Shown here: positions 10,261-22,483 of the stretch, piece by piece | Numbering within the stretch: position 1 is the stretch's first letter | Layout of the letters: each line of letters starts with the position of its first letter | Assembly (NCBI GenBank): GCA_030390025.1 | Contig: CM059433.1 | Coordinates: 16,432,001-16,496,000, forward strand | From: Squalus acanthias | Lineage: Eukaryota | Reading direction: 5' to 3' | Length of the DNA: 64,000 nucleotides | Translations under genes and position numbers: made by a program | Notes under the pieces: generated by a model | What the model was told of the DNA's origin: nothing | The model's input: only the letters and a program-made list of their open reading frames with translations | Databases searched by the model: none

Positions 10261-12080
10261 CTACTTTTTGCCCTTCGAGGGTGATCTCCTTCCCTTGCGC
10301 ACTTCCCCCCTTCTAACCCTACTGCTCCTCCGTAATGGGACCTCAGTGGCTGCAGCAAGGCTGGTGGAAGGCTGCTGATTGTCAGATCCTGACACTGCAG
10401 ATGCCCCTGAAGGACGGCCTCGACCAGTTCTGGGCCTGGAGGGCCCGGCTGCAGACTGCACCAACTCTGCATGGGCGGCAGCAGTCTGTCCTACAGGCAG
10501 TGGCAAGTGCAGTGGAGAAGTGACAGTGTTGGCAGCAGGAATGCTGTCATCGTGAGAGAGGACAGCAACTCCCTGCTCGACTGACACACTGGCACTCCCA
10601 CGGGGCAGCACTTCAGCATCCGGAGCAATCTGCTGGAGCACAGATTGCTGGCCTGCTGCGGCGCGGTGAGAGCCCCGGGGACATGTGAACGAACCATCGA
10701 GGTTGGCAGCAGTCAGTGCTCGCGTGGCCTCAATCTGAGTCTGCATGAGAGCAGTCAGAGATGGGATCACGGCAGTCAGTGACTGAATTGCAGCACCAAG
10801 CTTTAGTGTGGCATCCGCCTGTGCTACAGTGAAGTGCTCCACACTCCTTGCCAGTGACTCAATGCATTCGGGCACCCTTCCCACTGCACCCATGAGCTCA
10901 GTGTGCATGCCCACCACCTGGGTGTTCATTTCTGCGATCAGCCGCTCCTCCTCTGCGTCCATTGCAGTAGGAGTCGCTGGCATACTCTCCCGCTGGGGAG
11001 AAGGCCCCCGTTCTTCCCTACCCCCATGGCATTGCTGCAGCCCGCTGGGTCCTGGAGCTTCACCCTCATCAGACCCTTCCCCCCTGCTCCCCTCCAGGGA
11101 AGGCATGTTCCCAGTGTCGGCATGGGCTTCCTCGGGAGAGGGTGGCACTGATGCTCCGGCTTCCTCTTCCTCCTCGGCTGCAGCTTCACTCCCACTGGCA
11201 GCTTCAGGGCCCGTCTCCTCAGCTGGTGAATCACCATCTGAAAGCAGGGAGGTACAAGAGTGGCTTTAGCGTGAGGACAGGGTGGCAGTAAGGGAGGAAT
11301 AAGTGCAGCGAGTTAGCAAGTTGGATTGAAAGTGTCAAAGGCTGGTGTTGTGAGGGACAAGTGGAAGGACAGAGGACAAAAAGGTGATGACCTTACCATT
11401 GCTGTCCAGAACGGGGTCGGCGTCTCCAGTGGCGACGGGACCGATCACCCGGCTTGCCACAATCCTGTGGACGCGCTCCTCAAGATCGCTGAGGGGTTGC
11501 AGCTGACGCCGCCCTCCACCTGTCCGTTGCTGCTGTCTCCTATTATGCGCCAGCTTGGCCTGCAAGAAAAAGGACAGCATCTGAGTAAATATACAGCCAT
11601 GGTCTTGCCTGATGTGCCTCCCATAGGTGAATAGCCCTTACTGTATGCAGCCATGGTCTTGCCTGATGTGCCTCCCATAGGTGAATAGCCCTTACTGTAT
11701 GCAAAGTGTGGAATGTGTGTGTGTGTTTCATGAAAGGGCCATAGGTGTTGGATGAGTGTTGTGCATTGGGGTTTTAAGACCCTCTGGCCATAGAGTGAGG
11801 TTGAGATGGAGGGGTGGAGAGGTATTGAGAAAAAGCCACTCACCCTGACGACCCGAGTGAGGTCGTTGAACTTTTTGCCGCATTGAACATGGGTCCTGGG
11901 CACCATGCTCCTGGAGGAGACGCTCTGAGCCACCTCCCTCCACACTCTTCTGTACTCGCGTGGCAAAGGCCTCCTGCCACTCTCAGGGAAGAGTATAGAT
12001 CTTCTGCGCTCCACCGCGCCAACCAGAGCATCCAAGGCCCGCTCGGTGAAGCGCTGAGCTCGTTCTCTCACCCTCTCCAT
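10261..12080 (-). CDS. Harbinger Myb/SANT-like DNA-binding partner protein, 3 exons, 458 aa
   Basis: Exons 12080-11844 (237 nt; RFTERALDALV...WREVAQSV...RTHVQCGKKFNDL), 11559-11397 (163 nt; AKLAHNRR...TGGG) and 11237-10261 (977 nt). GT-AG introns (GTGAGT, GTAAGG donors) join in frame to 1377 nt. Confidence 0.9.
11596..11703 (-). repeat. 54-bp minisatellite, 2 units, in intron 1 of the Myb gene
   Basis: Unit TGCATACAGTAAGGGCTATTCACCTATGGGAGGCACATCAGGCAAGACCATGGC (minus strand). Confidence 0.95.
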
Positions 12081-12783
12081 CCTTGGCAGCAAAATGGATT
12101 CACAGGTCTCTCCAGGCCGAGATTCAAGGCTGCAATGAGCAGGGTGTGGCTGGGGAGCAAGTTGGCCCCCCCCGCTTTAAGAAGTGGCCGGCGCCAGTGT
12201 GTCTGTGTTCCCTCGCTAACTGGCAGCACCTGCGCTGCGCTCGCGCGCTGAGTTAGCGCCTCACTGCTCGGCCTTTGCGCCTTAAGACAGGTGTGCAGCG
12301 CCTGATTTAGCGCTCCACTCACCTCCCGGGGCGGTAAAAGTGAAGTTTCCAGTCAGTGGCGATAATTAGCGCCAGGCGCTAATTTTTGCGTCCAGACGAT
12401 ATTTGCGCCCCAAACGGGGCGCGACCTAATTTTTCCCCCTTGAAGTCCTCCATTATCACTGCTCTGTAGTTCTTGCAACTTTCAGTAATTTGCCTGCAAA
12501 GTTGCTCCTCTATCTACTTCCCACTATTTGGTGGCCTACAGTATACACCCAGCAGCGTAATAACTCCTCTATTGTTCCTTTATTCTAACCAAATAGATTC
12601 TATCTTTAACCCCTCAACAACACCATCCCTCTCCAGTGCAATAATAGTTTCTTTGATCAATAATGCCAACCACCCCCCTTTTTTACCTTCCCTCTCTTTC
12701 CTGAATACCTTGTAGCCAGGAATATTAAGTTCCCAGTCTGCTCCTTCTTTGAGCCAGGTCTCTGTTATTATCACTATATCATA

Positions 12784-13697
12784 GGGCTGCATTTTAATGG
12801 GGAAGGCGGGTTGGGAGTGGGGGATGGGGGTGGTGGTGGCGGGGGGGGGCTCGGATCTGGCCGGCAAACCCGGGAGAATGAATTTAACAGCAGGGCTTGA
12901 TTTGCAAGCGAAGCCTCTGTTCCCCACCCGCAGCCAGCCAGATTGAGAGGCTGGCTGACTCCGGGCAGGTAGGCCTGCGGCACTAGGCCACACAGAGGAG
13001 GGAGGGAGGGATTGTGTGAGGGCCGGGGGCTGCTGGAGGAGCACAGGGAGGGAGGGTCCTAAGAAGATCGCGGGCCGGGGAGTGCCCGAAAATCGGGGTG
13101 GTTGTGGGGGGGGGGAATCACGACCATCGTGGACCGGGAGGAGCACAGGGTGGTGGGTGTCAGCAGAGATCGGTGGGGGGGGGGGGGGGGGAGGCGCGGG
13201 GGAGGCCTCGTGGTGGGGATCGGAGGTCTGGGGGTGGGGGGGTAGTGTTGGTGGCCTTGGGGGGTAGATCGGAGGCCTTGGGGGGAGGTGGTGCGGATCA
13301 GAGGCCTGGGTGGAGCGATTGGTGGCCTGGAGGGGTGTTTGGGGTTAGGATCACGGGGGTGGGTTAGGTAGGGACCCTGGATCCAGGAGGTAAGTGTGTG
13401 AAGGCACTTTCCTCCTGGACCCAGCAGTCCTCGCCTTGCATTAGCTGGTGTGCAAAATCCGACAAGCTAAAGTTAAATACAAAGTGGAGGTTAAAGCAGA
13501 GGCTTCCAGCCTAATTTTAAAATTTAAATAGACTACCCGACTCCTGGCAGCGGTTTGGCTGCCCGCCCCCATCCCACCTCCGTTAAAACCGGAAGTGGAT
13601 GGGTTGGAATCGAGTTCAGGTCAGGATTCAGAGTTTTAAAACTTTAACTTCCCACCCGACCCAAACCCATCCGTTTTTTTAGGTTAAAATTCCCCCC
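12784..13697. mobile_element. Harbinger-type MITE, G-rich
   Basis: TIR GGGCTGCATTTTAA / TTAAAATTCCCCCC; ATA TSD at 12781-83 and 13698-700; splits the CR1 endonuclease next to YDIVIITETW. Confidence 0.8.
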
Positions 13698-16456
13698 ATA
13701 GTCCCATGTGGAGACTTGTGCCGAGAGCTCACCATCCTTATATATCCCCGCTACATTCATTTACGCACATACACGCTAAACCTATCTTAGACTGCTTCAC
13801 ATTTGCCCCCTGTCTGATCTCTCCTGTTTCTGAACTATTCTTTATACTAGTGCACCTTGTCTCTCCCAGTCCTGTGTGCACCTTGTTTCTTCTCTCTAAT
13901 GGTTCATCCTGGTGCCCATCCCCCTGCAAAATTAGTTTCAACCCTCCCCCACAGCACTGGTTAACCTTCCTACAAGGACATTGGTCCCAGCCCTGTTGAG
14001 GTGCAACCTGTCCATCTTGAACAGATCCCTCCTGCCCCAGAACTGGTCCCAATGCCCCAGGAATCTGAAGCTCTCCCTCCTGCACCATTTACCTAGCCAC
14101 ATGTTAACCTGTCTTATCCTACTATTCCTATACCCACTAGCGTGTGGCACTGGGAGGAATCCAGAGATTGCTACCTTTGAGGTCCTGTACTTTAATTTCC
14201 TCTCAAGCTCCTGAAACCTTGACTGTAGGACCGCAACCCTCTTTCTTCCTATGTCATTGTATCATGGATCATGACTTCAGTCTGTTCCCCTTCCCCCCTC
14301 AAAATGTTCTGCACCCTCTCAGTGATGTCCTATACCCTGGCACCAGGGAGGCAACATGCTATGCAGGACTCCCATTGGCGGTTACAGAAACGCCTGTCTA
14401 TCTCCCTGACTATCGAATCCCCTATGACCACTGCAATCCTACACTTTGCTGTACCCCTCTGTGCAGTCATTTGCCCCACAGTGTTGTGGATGTGCTCTAG
14501 ACTGCACTTCACCATGGTGTCGCACCCTCACCGGTATTCAGCGCTGTAAATCCTGCACTGCTTCCTGTCTCTTCCTCATACCCTGCTGGACGGTCGGCCA
14601 CTTCCCTTTTCCACTAACTTAATCTGCCTGTCATGTTGTCATCCATGTTCCCTTTAAGCTCTGTGGCTTTTAAATGGGAAAAACCGTGTATGCGCGGCCC
14701 CCAAAATAATTAAAGGGCACATTGGTAGTCACCTCCTGGAATGTGCATTCCAGAAGCCCTTCAGCCTCCTGTAAGCGATAGACTGTTCTCAGCAGGTCAA
14801 GCTCAGAAATTTGGAATTAGAGGTCAAACAAATATGGTCATGTGGTCATCCTAGGCATGAAGCCTAGGCATCAGGACCTCCCACATCATGCACGTACCAC
14901 ATAGCACAAGCTCAGCTGTTCCTCCCACACTTAACAAAACTGTTTTCTCTTCATAGTTTTCAAGTATTTTCACTAGTTTAAGTTTATGTCCTCTAGTCCT
15001 GTCTCCATTAATTATTTATATCATTAATAAGTTATATTCTGTGTTTACCTATCTGTACTATTTTACATTTTATACATCTCCTTCTTTCTAGACTGCAGTT
15101 GTTAAACTTCTCTAACCTTTCCTCTCAACTCATCACCTTTTCCACTCTTTTATGATTTTGTTGTGTCCTGACCAATATTAAACACAATATTCCAAATAAA
15201 GTCTAAATGCATTGTAAAGTACCGGCAGAATTGTACTTTGCATTGCAGAGAGAGAACTGTAAAGCTGGATTAGAGTAACTAGCTCCAGTGGAAGAGCTTC
15301 AACTGGCACATGGTTGTGTTGAAAGTATGTTGAAAGTAATGAGTCAACCTTCACTCATGGGTCTCTTTGAAGTCCCGCTCTGCTGATTCATTGCCATTGA
15401 TGGCAATACTTATGATGCACGTTCTAGTTAAGAACCAGAGAAATAAATTTACTGCACTTTGTATTTTCTAGTACAACTGGAACTCTGAAACTTGGCATTT
15501 TTCACATGGTTGGCATTGATCTCTGACCTTTGTTGGGCAGAAGGAAGAACAACTAACCGAGGACAATGAAATCTGTTAACAAGCCACATGGAGTTCTGCC
15601 CATACCTTTTAAAGCTGAAAAATACCTGCAAGCCATCACATTTAAATTTTAATCTCTGCTAAATACAATGAAGTTCATTAATAAACGAAAGTAGTAATGA
15701 TTTAAAGTACAACATCCATTTGAGACCCTGTAACCCTATATTTTTTTAATATATGGATGATGTAACATTGTCTCTTAAATCAAAGACTTCATTATATAAC
15801 AGAGGTGAATTTTGGAAAAGGGAAGCCCAACATCCATCATTAAAGAACAACAGAATAAAATAAAGCACAGGTTAGTTTGCAGCCCAGATTCTGAGCAAAA
15901 TGTCATCTTGAACATTTGTTGCATGTCAAAGAAGTAAGGCTAATTCTTGAGAAACTAGTCCAGGAAAGGCAAATTTCACTTTAAATTTAAAAGGGATTTT
16001 ACTTCATTCTTTAAAAAGTCAGTGTGAGGGGACAAAATTAATACACCAAATTGAAAGCAAGATTACTTAAGCCAACAGTCCCAAAGATGTGACCTTTCAC
16101 CTGGCCCACAGTTCTGTTCTTGATTGCGTGCGTGCATAATAAAGACTGTCTGAGCTGTTTAAACTTTCCAGGGCTTGAGGATTAGAAAAGGCTGCTTCCT
16201 GATTAGTAAAATTTGACATGTGAGGAATCAGCCTTTTGGCACCAGAGGAAGAAGCCTTTAAAAAAGCCCTCCAGGGCCAAGAAGTTTAAAGAGGCTGAGG
16301 CTAGGCTGAGGCTTCCACACTGTGCGCTTGGCAGCAGACACCGTGGCAGCAGCGGATACACCGCGAGCAGTACAATGGTGACTGCTTTGGGAGCAGCAGC
16401 GGTCACAGCAGAGATGCCGTCAAAAGGCAGCAAAGTCAGCAACAGGGAGCAGGCAG

Positions 16457-16610
16457 TATGGACCAGGCCGGACAATAATGGACGAGACCAGGCATTAGTG
16501 CACCAGGCCAGGCTGTAATGGACGAGACCAGGCATTAATGGACCAGGCCAGGCTGTAATGGACCAGCCAGGCATTAGTGGACCAGGCCAGATCGTAGTGG
16601 ACAAGGCCAG
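16457..16610. repeat. ~40-bp degenerate minisatellite (about 3-4 units)
   Basis: AATGGACGAGACCAGGCATTA(G/A)TG(C/G)ACCAGGCCAGGCTGT repeated. Confidence 0.8.
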
Positions 16611-16765
16611 ACAACAGAAGAGTGTATGGAGAGGAATTTTTAATGTAATGGGGCAGGGCTTGGATTTTTCAAAGTATAGTAGATTGGGGTTTTTAAAATA
16701 TGGGGGCCTTGGATCTTATGAATATTTATTTAATTAATATCCAAACGTTTCATTCGAAATGTTTC

Positions 16766-17865
16766 AGGTATGTCCTGTCCACAAAAAGCAGGACAAATCC
16801 AATCTGGCCAATTACCGCCCCATCAGTCTACTCTCAATCATCAGCAAAGTGATGTAAGGTGTCATTGACAGTGCTATCAAGCGGCACTTACTCACCAATA
16901 ACCTGCTCACTGATGCCCAGTTTGGGTTCTGCCAGGACCACTCGGCTCCAAACCTCATTACAGCCTTGGTCCAAACATGGACAAAAGAGCTCAATTCCAG
17001 AGGTGAGGTGAGAGTGACTGCCCTTGACATCAAGGCAGCATTTAACCAAGTGTGGCATCAAGGAGCCCGAGTAAAACTGAAGTCAATGGGAATCGGGAGG
17101 AAAACTCTCCATTGGTTGGAGTCATACCTAGCACAAAAGAAGATGGTTGTGGCAGTTGGAGGTCATTCATCACAGCCCCAGGACATCGCTGCAGGAGTTT
17201 CTCAGGGCAGTGTCCTAGGCCCAACCATATTCAGCTGCTTCATCAATGACCTTCCCTCCATCATAAGGTCAGAAGTGGGGATGTTCACTGATGAATACAC
17301 AGTGTTCAGTTCCATTCGCAACTCCTCAGATAATGAAACAGTCTATGCCCGCATGCAGCAAGATCTGGACGACATTCAGGCTTGGGCTGATAACTGGCAA
17401 GTAACATTCGCTCCACACAAGTGCCAGGCAATGACTATCTCCAAAAAGAGAGCATCTAACCACCGTCCCTTGACATTCAACGGCATTACCATCGCCGAAT
17501 CCCCCAACATCAACATCTTGGGGGTCATCATTGATCAAAAACTTAACTGGACCAGCCACATAAATACTGTGGCTACAAGAGCAGGTCAGAGGCTGGGTAT
17601 TCTGCGGTGCATGTCTCACCTCCTGACTCCTCAAAGCCTTTCCACCATCTACAAGGCACAAGTCAGGAGTGTGATGGAATACTCCCCACTTGCCTGGATG
17701 AGTGCAGCTCCAACAACACTCATGAAGCTCGACACCATCCAGGACAAAGCAGCCCGCTTGATTGGCACCCCATCCACCACCTTAAACATTCACTCCCTCC
17801 ACCACCGGCGCACCGTGGCTGCAGTGTGTACCATCTACAAGATGCACTGCAGCAACTCGCCAAGG
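16766..17865 (+). mobile_element. CR1/L2-clade LINE (family X), RT fragment with premature stop
   Basis: NYRPISLLSIISKVM*, ALDIKAAF, GVSQGSVLGP, MFTDE (YADD-like), YKAQVRSVMEY. Confidence 0.9.
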
Positions 17866-19505
17866 ACACTGCCCTGAGGAACTCCTGCAGTGAAGTCCTG
17901 GGGCTGAGATGATTGGCCTCCAACAACCACACCCACCTTCCTTTGTGCTAGGTATGACTCCAGCCAGTGGAGCGTTTTCCCCCTGATTCCCATTGACTTC
18001 AATTTTACTAGGGCTCCTTGATGCCACACTCGGTCAAATGCTGCCTTGATGTCAAGGGCAGTCACTCTCACCTCACCTCTGGAATTCAGCTCCTTTGACC
18101 GTGTTTGGACCAAGGCTGTAATGAGGTCGGGAGCCGAGTGGTCTTGGCGGAACCCAAACTGGGCATCAGTGAGCAGGTTATTGGTGAGTAAGTGCCGCTT
18201 GATAGCACTGTTGACAACACCTTCTAACACTTTGCTGATGATTGAGAGTAGACTGATGGGGTGGTAATTGTCCGGATTGGATTGTCCTGCTTTTTGTGGA
18301 CAGGACATACCTGGGCAGTTTTCCACATTGTCGGGTAGATGCCAGTGTTGTAGCTGTACTAGAACAGCTTGGCTAGAGGTGTGGCTAGTTCTGGAGCACA
18401 AGTCTTCAGCACAACAGCTGGGATGTTGTCGGAGCCCATAGCCTTTGCTGTATCCAGTGCGCTCAGCCATTTCTTGACATCTTGTGGAGTGAATTGAATT
18501 GGCTGAAGACTGGCTTCTGGGGTGGTGGGAACCTCAGGAGGAGGCCGAGATGGATCATCCACTCGGCACTTCTGGCTAAAGATAGTTGCAAACGATTCAG
18601 CCTTGTCTTTTGCACTCTCATACTGGGCTTCGCCATCATTGAGGATGGGGTTATTCATTGACCTCCTCCTCCCGTCATTTGTTTAATGGTCCACCACCAT
18701 TCACGACTGGATGTGGCAGGACTGCAGAGCTTTGATCTGATCTGTTGATTGTGGGATCGTTTAGCTCTGTCTAAAGCATGCTGCTTCTGCTGTTTAGCAT
18801 GCATTTAGTCCTGTGTTGCAGCTTCCCCAGGTTGGCACCTCATTTTTAGGTACACCTGGAGCTGCTCCTGGCATGCTCTTCTACACTCCTCATTGAATCA
18901 GGGTTGGTCGCCTGGCTTGATGGTAATGGTAGAGTGAGGGATATGCCGGGGCATGAGGTTACAGATTGTGGTGGAATACAATTCTGCTGCTGATTGCCCA
19001 CAGTGCCTCATGGATGCCCAGTTTTGAGCTGCTAGATCTGTTCTGAATCTATCCCATTTAGCACGGTGGTAGTGCCACACAACACGATGGAGGGTGTCCT
19101 CAGTGTGAAGACGGAACTTCGTCTCCACAAGGACTGTGCGATGGTCACTGCTGCCAATGCTGTCATGGACAGATGCATCTGCGACAGGTAGATTGGTGAG
19201 GATGAGGTCAAGTAGGTTTTTCCCTCGTGCTGGTTCTCTCACCACCTGCTGCAGGCCCAGTCTGGCAGCTATGTTCTTCAGGACTTGGCCAGCTCGGTCA
19301 GTAGTGGTGCTACCGAGCCGCTCTTGGTGATGGACATTGAAGTCCCCCACCCAGAGTACATTCTGTGCCCTTGCTACTCTCAGTGCTTCTTCCAAGGGCT
19401 GTTCAACATGGAGGAGTACTGATTCATCAGCTGAGAGAGGGCGGTGGGTGGTAATCAGCAGAAGGTTTCTTTGCCAATATTTGACCTGATGCCATGAAAC
19501 TTCAA
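17866..19505 (-). mobile_element. LINE family X, EN-RT fragment (frameshifted), inverted relative to 16766-17865
   Basis: WVGDFNVHH, NLLDLILTN, GSSDHRTV (EN); [31 protein letters not shown] (RT). Confidence 0.9.
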
Positions 19506-19576
19506 GAAGACAACATTCACAGAGTTTGTGCAAAAGCAAAGGTGATATAGCAGAGGAAAATGCAGCCTATCATGCA

Positions 19577-19644
19577 TAGCAATAAAGAATATATATTGTA
19601 TCTAGCAATAAAGAATATATATTGTATCTAGCAATAAAGAATAT
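19577..19644. repeat. 26-bp tandem repeat, ~2.6 units
   Basis: TAGCAATAAAGAATATATATTGTATC repeated. Confidence 0.85.
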
Positions 19645-19707
19645 GCATGATGATTTGACCAGCTAACCAACTGGCCTACTTTAGACTGCAAACAGAACTA
19701 TTAAGAA

Positions 19708-19920
19708 ATAAAAACAGAAAATGCTGGAGATACTCAGCAGGTCAGGCAGCATCTGTGAGAGAGAGAAACAGAGTTAACGGTCTGACGAAAGGTCATGGAC
19801 CTGAAATGTTAACTCTGTTTCTCTCTTCACAGATGCTGCCTGACCTGCTGAGTATCTCCAGCATTTTCTGTTTTTATTTTAGATTTCCAGCATCTGCAGT
19901 ATTTTCTTTTTGTATTAGAC
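19708..19920 (+). mobile_element. Penelope-like short insertion (family A), inverted-repeat structure with a partly degenerate hammerhead motif
   Basis: TSD CTATTAAGAA at 19698-707 and 19921-930; arms inverted around CTGACGA-A-AGGTC-ATG-GACCT-GAAA (19782-19806). Confidence 0.75.
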
Positions 19921-19949
19921 CTATTAAGAAGTAGTATTCCACTTATATT

Positions 19950-21578
19950 GGGCCGTATTTTCCGATCGGAGACTCCCCGCGAAAAAATCTACGCACTTAC
20001 GTAGCGGGCTCCCGAGGTGCGTATAGTTCCGATGCTGGGCCTCTCCAACTCGAAATGCGCAGGGCCCACGTATCCCAGAGGCGCATGCGGTTCGCCAGCG
20101 TCCCTGGGATCATGTGGGCCATGGGGAGCCAATCAAAGAAGGGAATCTCCCTTCATACACTTGACAGATAGACCTGTCAAATATATGAATGGAGATCACC
20201 CCAAAAAACACTTTAAAACATTAAATAAATTTTAAAAAAAATCACATTTTTAAAGTTAGTTGAAATTACAATAAATTAAATATTTTAAACAAAAATTACA
20301 TTTTTTGAAAAATATAATTAAAGTTTTTTTACGGGGCTAAAAATAAACTTACCTTTTTTAATGTATTTTTAAATGAGGAAATTTTTTTTTAAAACTTTTT
20401 TTCAACTCTTATCCTGGTAAAAGCAGGCCTTACGCCTGCTTTTTACCAGGCGTAAGAATTCTAAGGGGTAAAAATTCACTTGGTTGCGCCACCCGTTAGC
20501 GCCTTAACAGGGCGCTAATGGGGCGCAAAGCCGCTAACGCCCGGGCGCAGCGATGTTTGCGCCGCTCGAGAACTTAACTTGAGATTGTGCGTCGGCGCTA
20601 AAACTTACCGCTGCGACCACCTGCGCGCGCAGATTGTGACGTCATTCCATGGTGCAACGCCCTTGGGGCGCCCCGTAGCGGAAATTGAGTGGCGCCCCCT
20701 GCCTTACCGCCTGGCGCTTCCAACGACCAGAAGACTGGAACGCTATCAATCGCTGTGGGGCTGGGGGGGGCGCTATTTAAAGGGGGCCTCTTCCTGTCTT
20801 TTATTGTTGGTGGCATTTTTGAACTACGCATTCTGAGAGAGAGAGGGAGAGACTTCTGGAGAGATTCAACGTTGTGTGAAGGAGTTTTGGGTACTGAGCA
20901 GCACTTTGCAGGTTCATTTTGATTTGCCATTCCTTGTATCGATTTAGCAGAGACCGTGGGAGCTGCACTCTGAGCTCTTTGCCTGGTGCTCTCCATTGTT
21001 CTTTCCAGCACATTTGATGTGCAAGTCTCTCCAGGCCGAGATTCAAGGCAGCAATGAACAGGATGTGGATGGAAAGCAAGATTAACCATCCCCTTTAAGA
21101 ACTGGCCCGTGCCATTGTGTGTGTGTTCCATTGCTGACTGACATTACATGAGCTTCGCCAGCGCTCCGAGTTAGCGCCTCACTGCTCGGCCTTTGCGCCT
21201 TAAGAGAGGTGTGCAGTGCCTGCTTTAGCGCTCCACTCACCTCCCGGGGCGGTAAAAGTGAAGTTTCCCGTCAGTGCCGATAATTAGCGCCAGGCGCTAA
21301 TATTTGCGTCCGGACGATATTTGCGCCCCAAATGGGGCGCGACCTAATTTCTACCCCTAAGGGTTTTCTGTAAGCGGAGGGTCTCCAGAAAGCGGAACTA
21401 TCCGCCCGCAGAGGCCCTTCTCCAGGGCAGGCGTCCGATCTGCCAAGAGCTTTCTTGACAGATCGGAAATGCCGGTTTGCAGCGCATGCGCAGTGCATGC
21501 CTGAAACTGGCATTTCCGATGTCTCTATGGGTGTGTACACAGCGCGTACCCACCCATCGGGATTGGAATATCTGGGCC
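19950..21578. mobile_element. Harbinger-type MITE (second family) hosting a nested MITE
   Basis: TIR GGGCCGTATTTTCCGATC / GATTGGAATATCTGGGCC; ATT TSD at 19947-49 and 21579-81. Confidence 0.8.
20465..21357. mobile_element. Harbinger MITE (main family), mosaic with ends like the full-length copies
   Basis: TIR GGGGTAAAAATT / AATTTCTACCCC; TAA TSD at 20462-64 and 21358-60. Confidence 0.95.
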
Positions 21579-21829
21579 ATTGTATAAAAACTTATCAGAT
21601 TTACAACAATAAACTCTGATCTTATAACCTATTTATATTGGAGAACCTCTCCAAGATGTGGTTGTGCAATTTTGCCTGAGTGTTGTATTGTGAAATCCAA
21701 CCCACAGCCTCAGAATAACAGAAAAATAACTGTGCACACGCAAGCTCATGCATCTGTACTCATTTAAAAGTTGGGATTTATGTCTTTGTTTCTATCCCAG
21801 TGGAAAGGAAAGACCTAAAAATTAAACTG

Positions 21830-21925
21830 GCTTTTTGTTATTCGTTCATGGGATGCGGGCATCGCTGGCAAGGCCGGCATTTATTGCTCATCCCTAATTG
21901 CCCTTGAGAAGGTGGTGGTGAGCCG
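21830..21925 (-). mobile_element. LINE 3' terminus (probably family X)
   Basis: Reverse complement matches 25370-25460 (CACCTTCTCAAGGG..ATTAGGGATG..CAATAAATGCCGG). Confidence 0.7.
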
Positions 21926-22483
21926 GCTCTCTGCAAGAGCACTTCAGCTAGTCCCACTCCCCGTCCTTTCCCCGTAGCCCTGCAAATTTCTTTCCTTCAG
22001 ATACTTATCCAACTCCTTTTTGAAAGCCGTGATTGAGTCTGCCCCCACCACCCTTTCAGGCAGTGCATTCCAGATCTTAACCACTCGCTGCGTCAAAAAG
22101 TTTTTTCTTACGTCGCCTTTGGTTCTTTTGCCAATCACCTTAAATCTGTGTCCTCTGGTTCTCGACCCTTCTGCCAATGGGAACAGTTTCCCTCTATCTA
22201 CTCCATCCAGACCCCTCATGATTTTGAACACCTCTATCAAATCTCCTCTCAATCTTCTCTGCTGGAAGGAGAACCACCCCAGCTTCTCTAGTTATCAAAG
22301 TAACTGAAGTCCCTCATTCCTGGAATCATTCTTGTAAATCTTTTCTGCACCCTCTCTAAGGCCTTCACATCCTTCCTAAAGTGTGGTGCCCAGAATTGGA
22401 CACAGTACTCCAGTTGGGGCCGAACCAGTGTTTTCTACATCATAATTTCCAAACTTTTGTACTCTATGCCTCTATTTATGAAG

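Larger units (their letters stand above)
8277..12439. mobile_element. Full-length PIF/Harbinger DNA transposon, copy 1 (4163 bp), putatively autonomous
   Basis: Perfect 12-bp TIR GGGGGAAAAATT; TTG TSD at 8274-8276 and 12440-12442; convergent transposase and Myb/SANT genes. Confidence 0.97.
8050..14570 (-). mobile_element. CR1 LINE 5' part (ORF1 SGNH esterase plus APE endonuclease), interrupted by Harbinger 8277-12439 and MITE 12784-13697
   Basis: VVIGDSIVR...CCLPGARV and HWDQFWGRRDLFKMDRLHLN (ORF1); YDIVIITETWLKEGADWELNIPGYKVFRK (EN). The sequence across the Harbinger TSD rejoins the GDFN-region seen intact at ~55530-55550. Confidence 0.85.

Noticed and set aside
13016..13367. Gly-rich ORFs and G-quadruplex-like tract
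   Set aside because: Low-complexity G-rich interior of MITE 12784-13697.
15449..15631. Small minus-strand ORF after CTTGCAG
   Set aside because: No recognisable domain or consistent exon structure.
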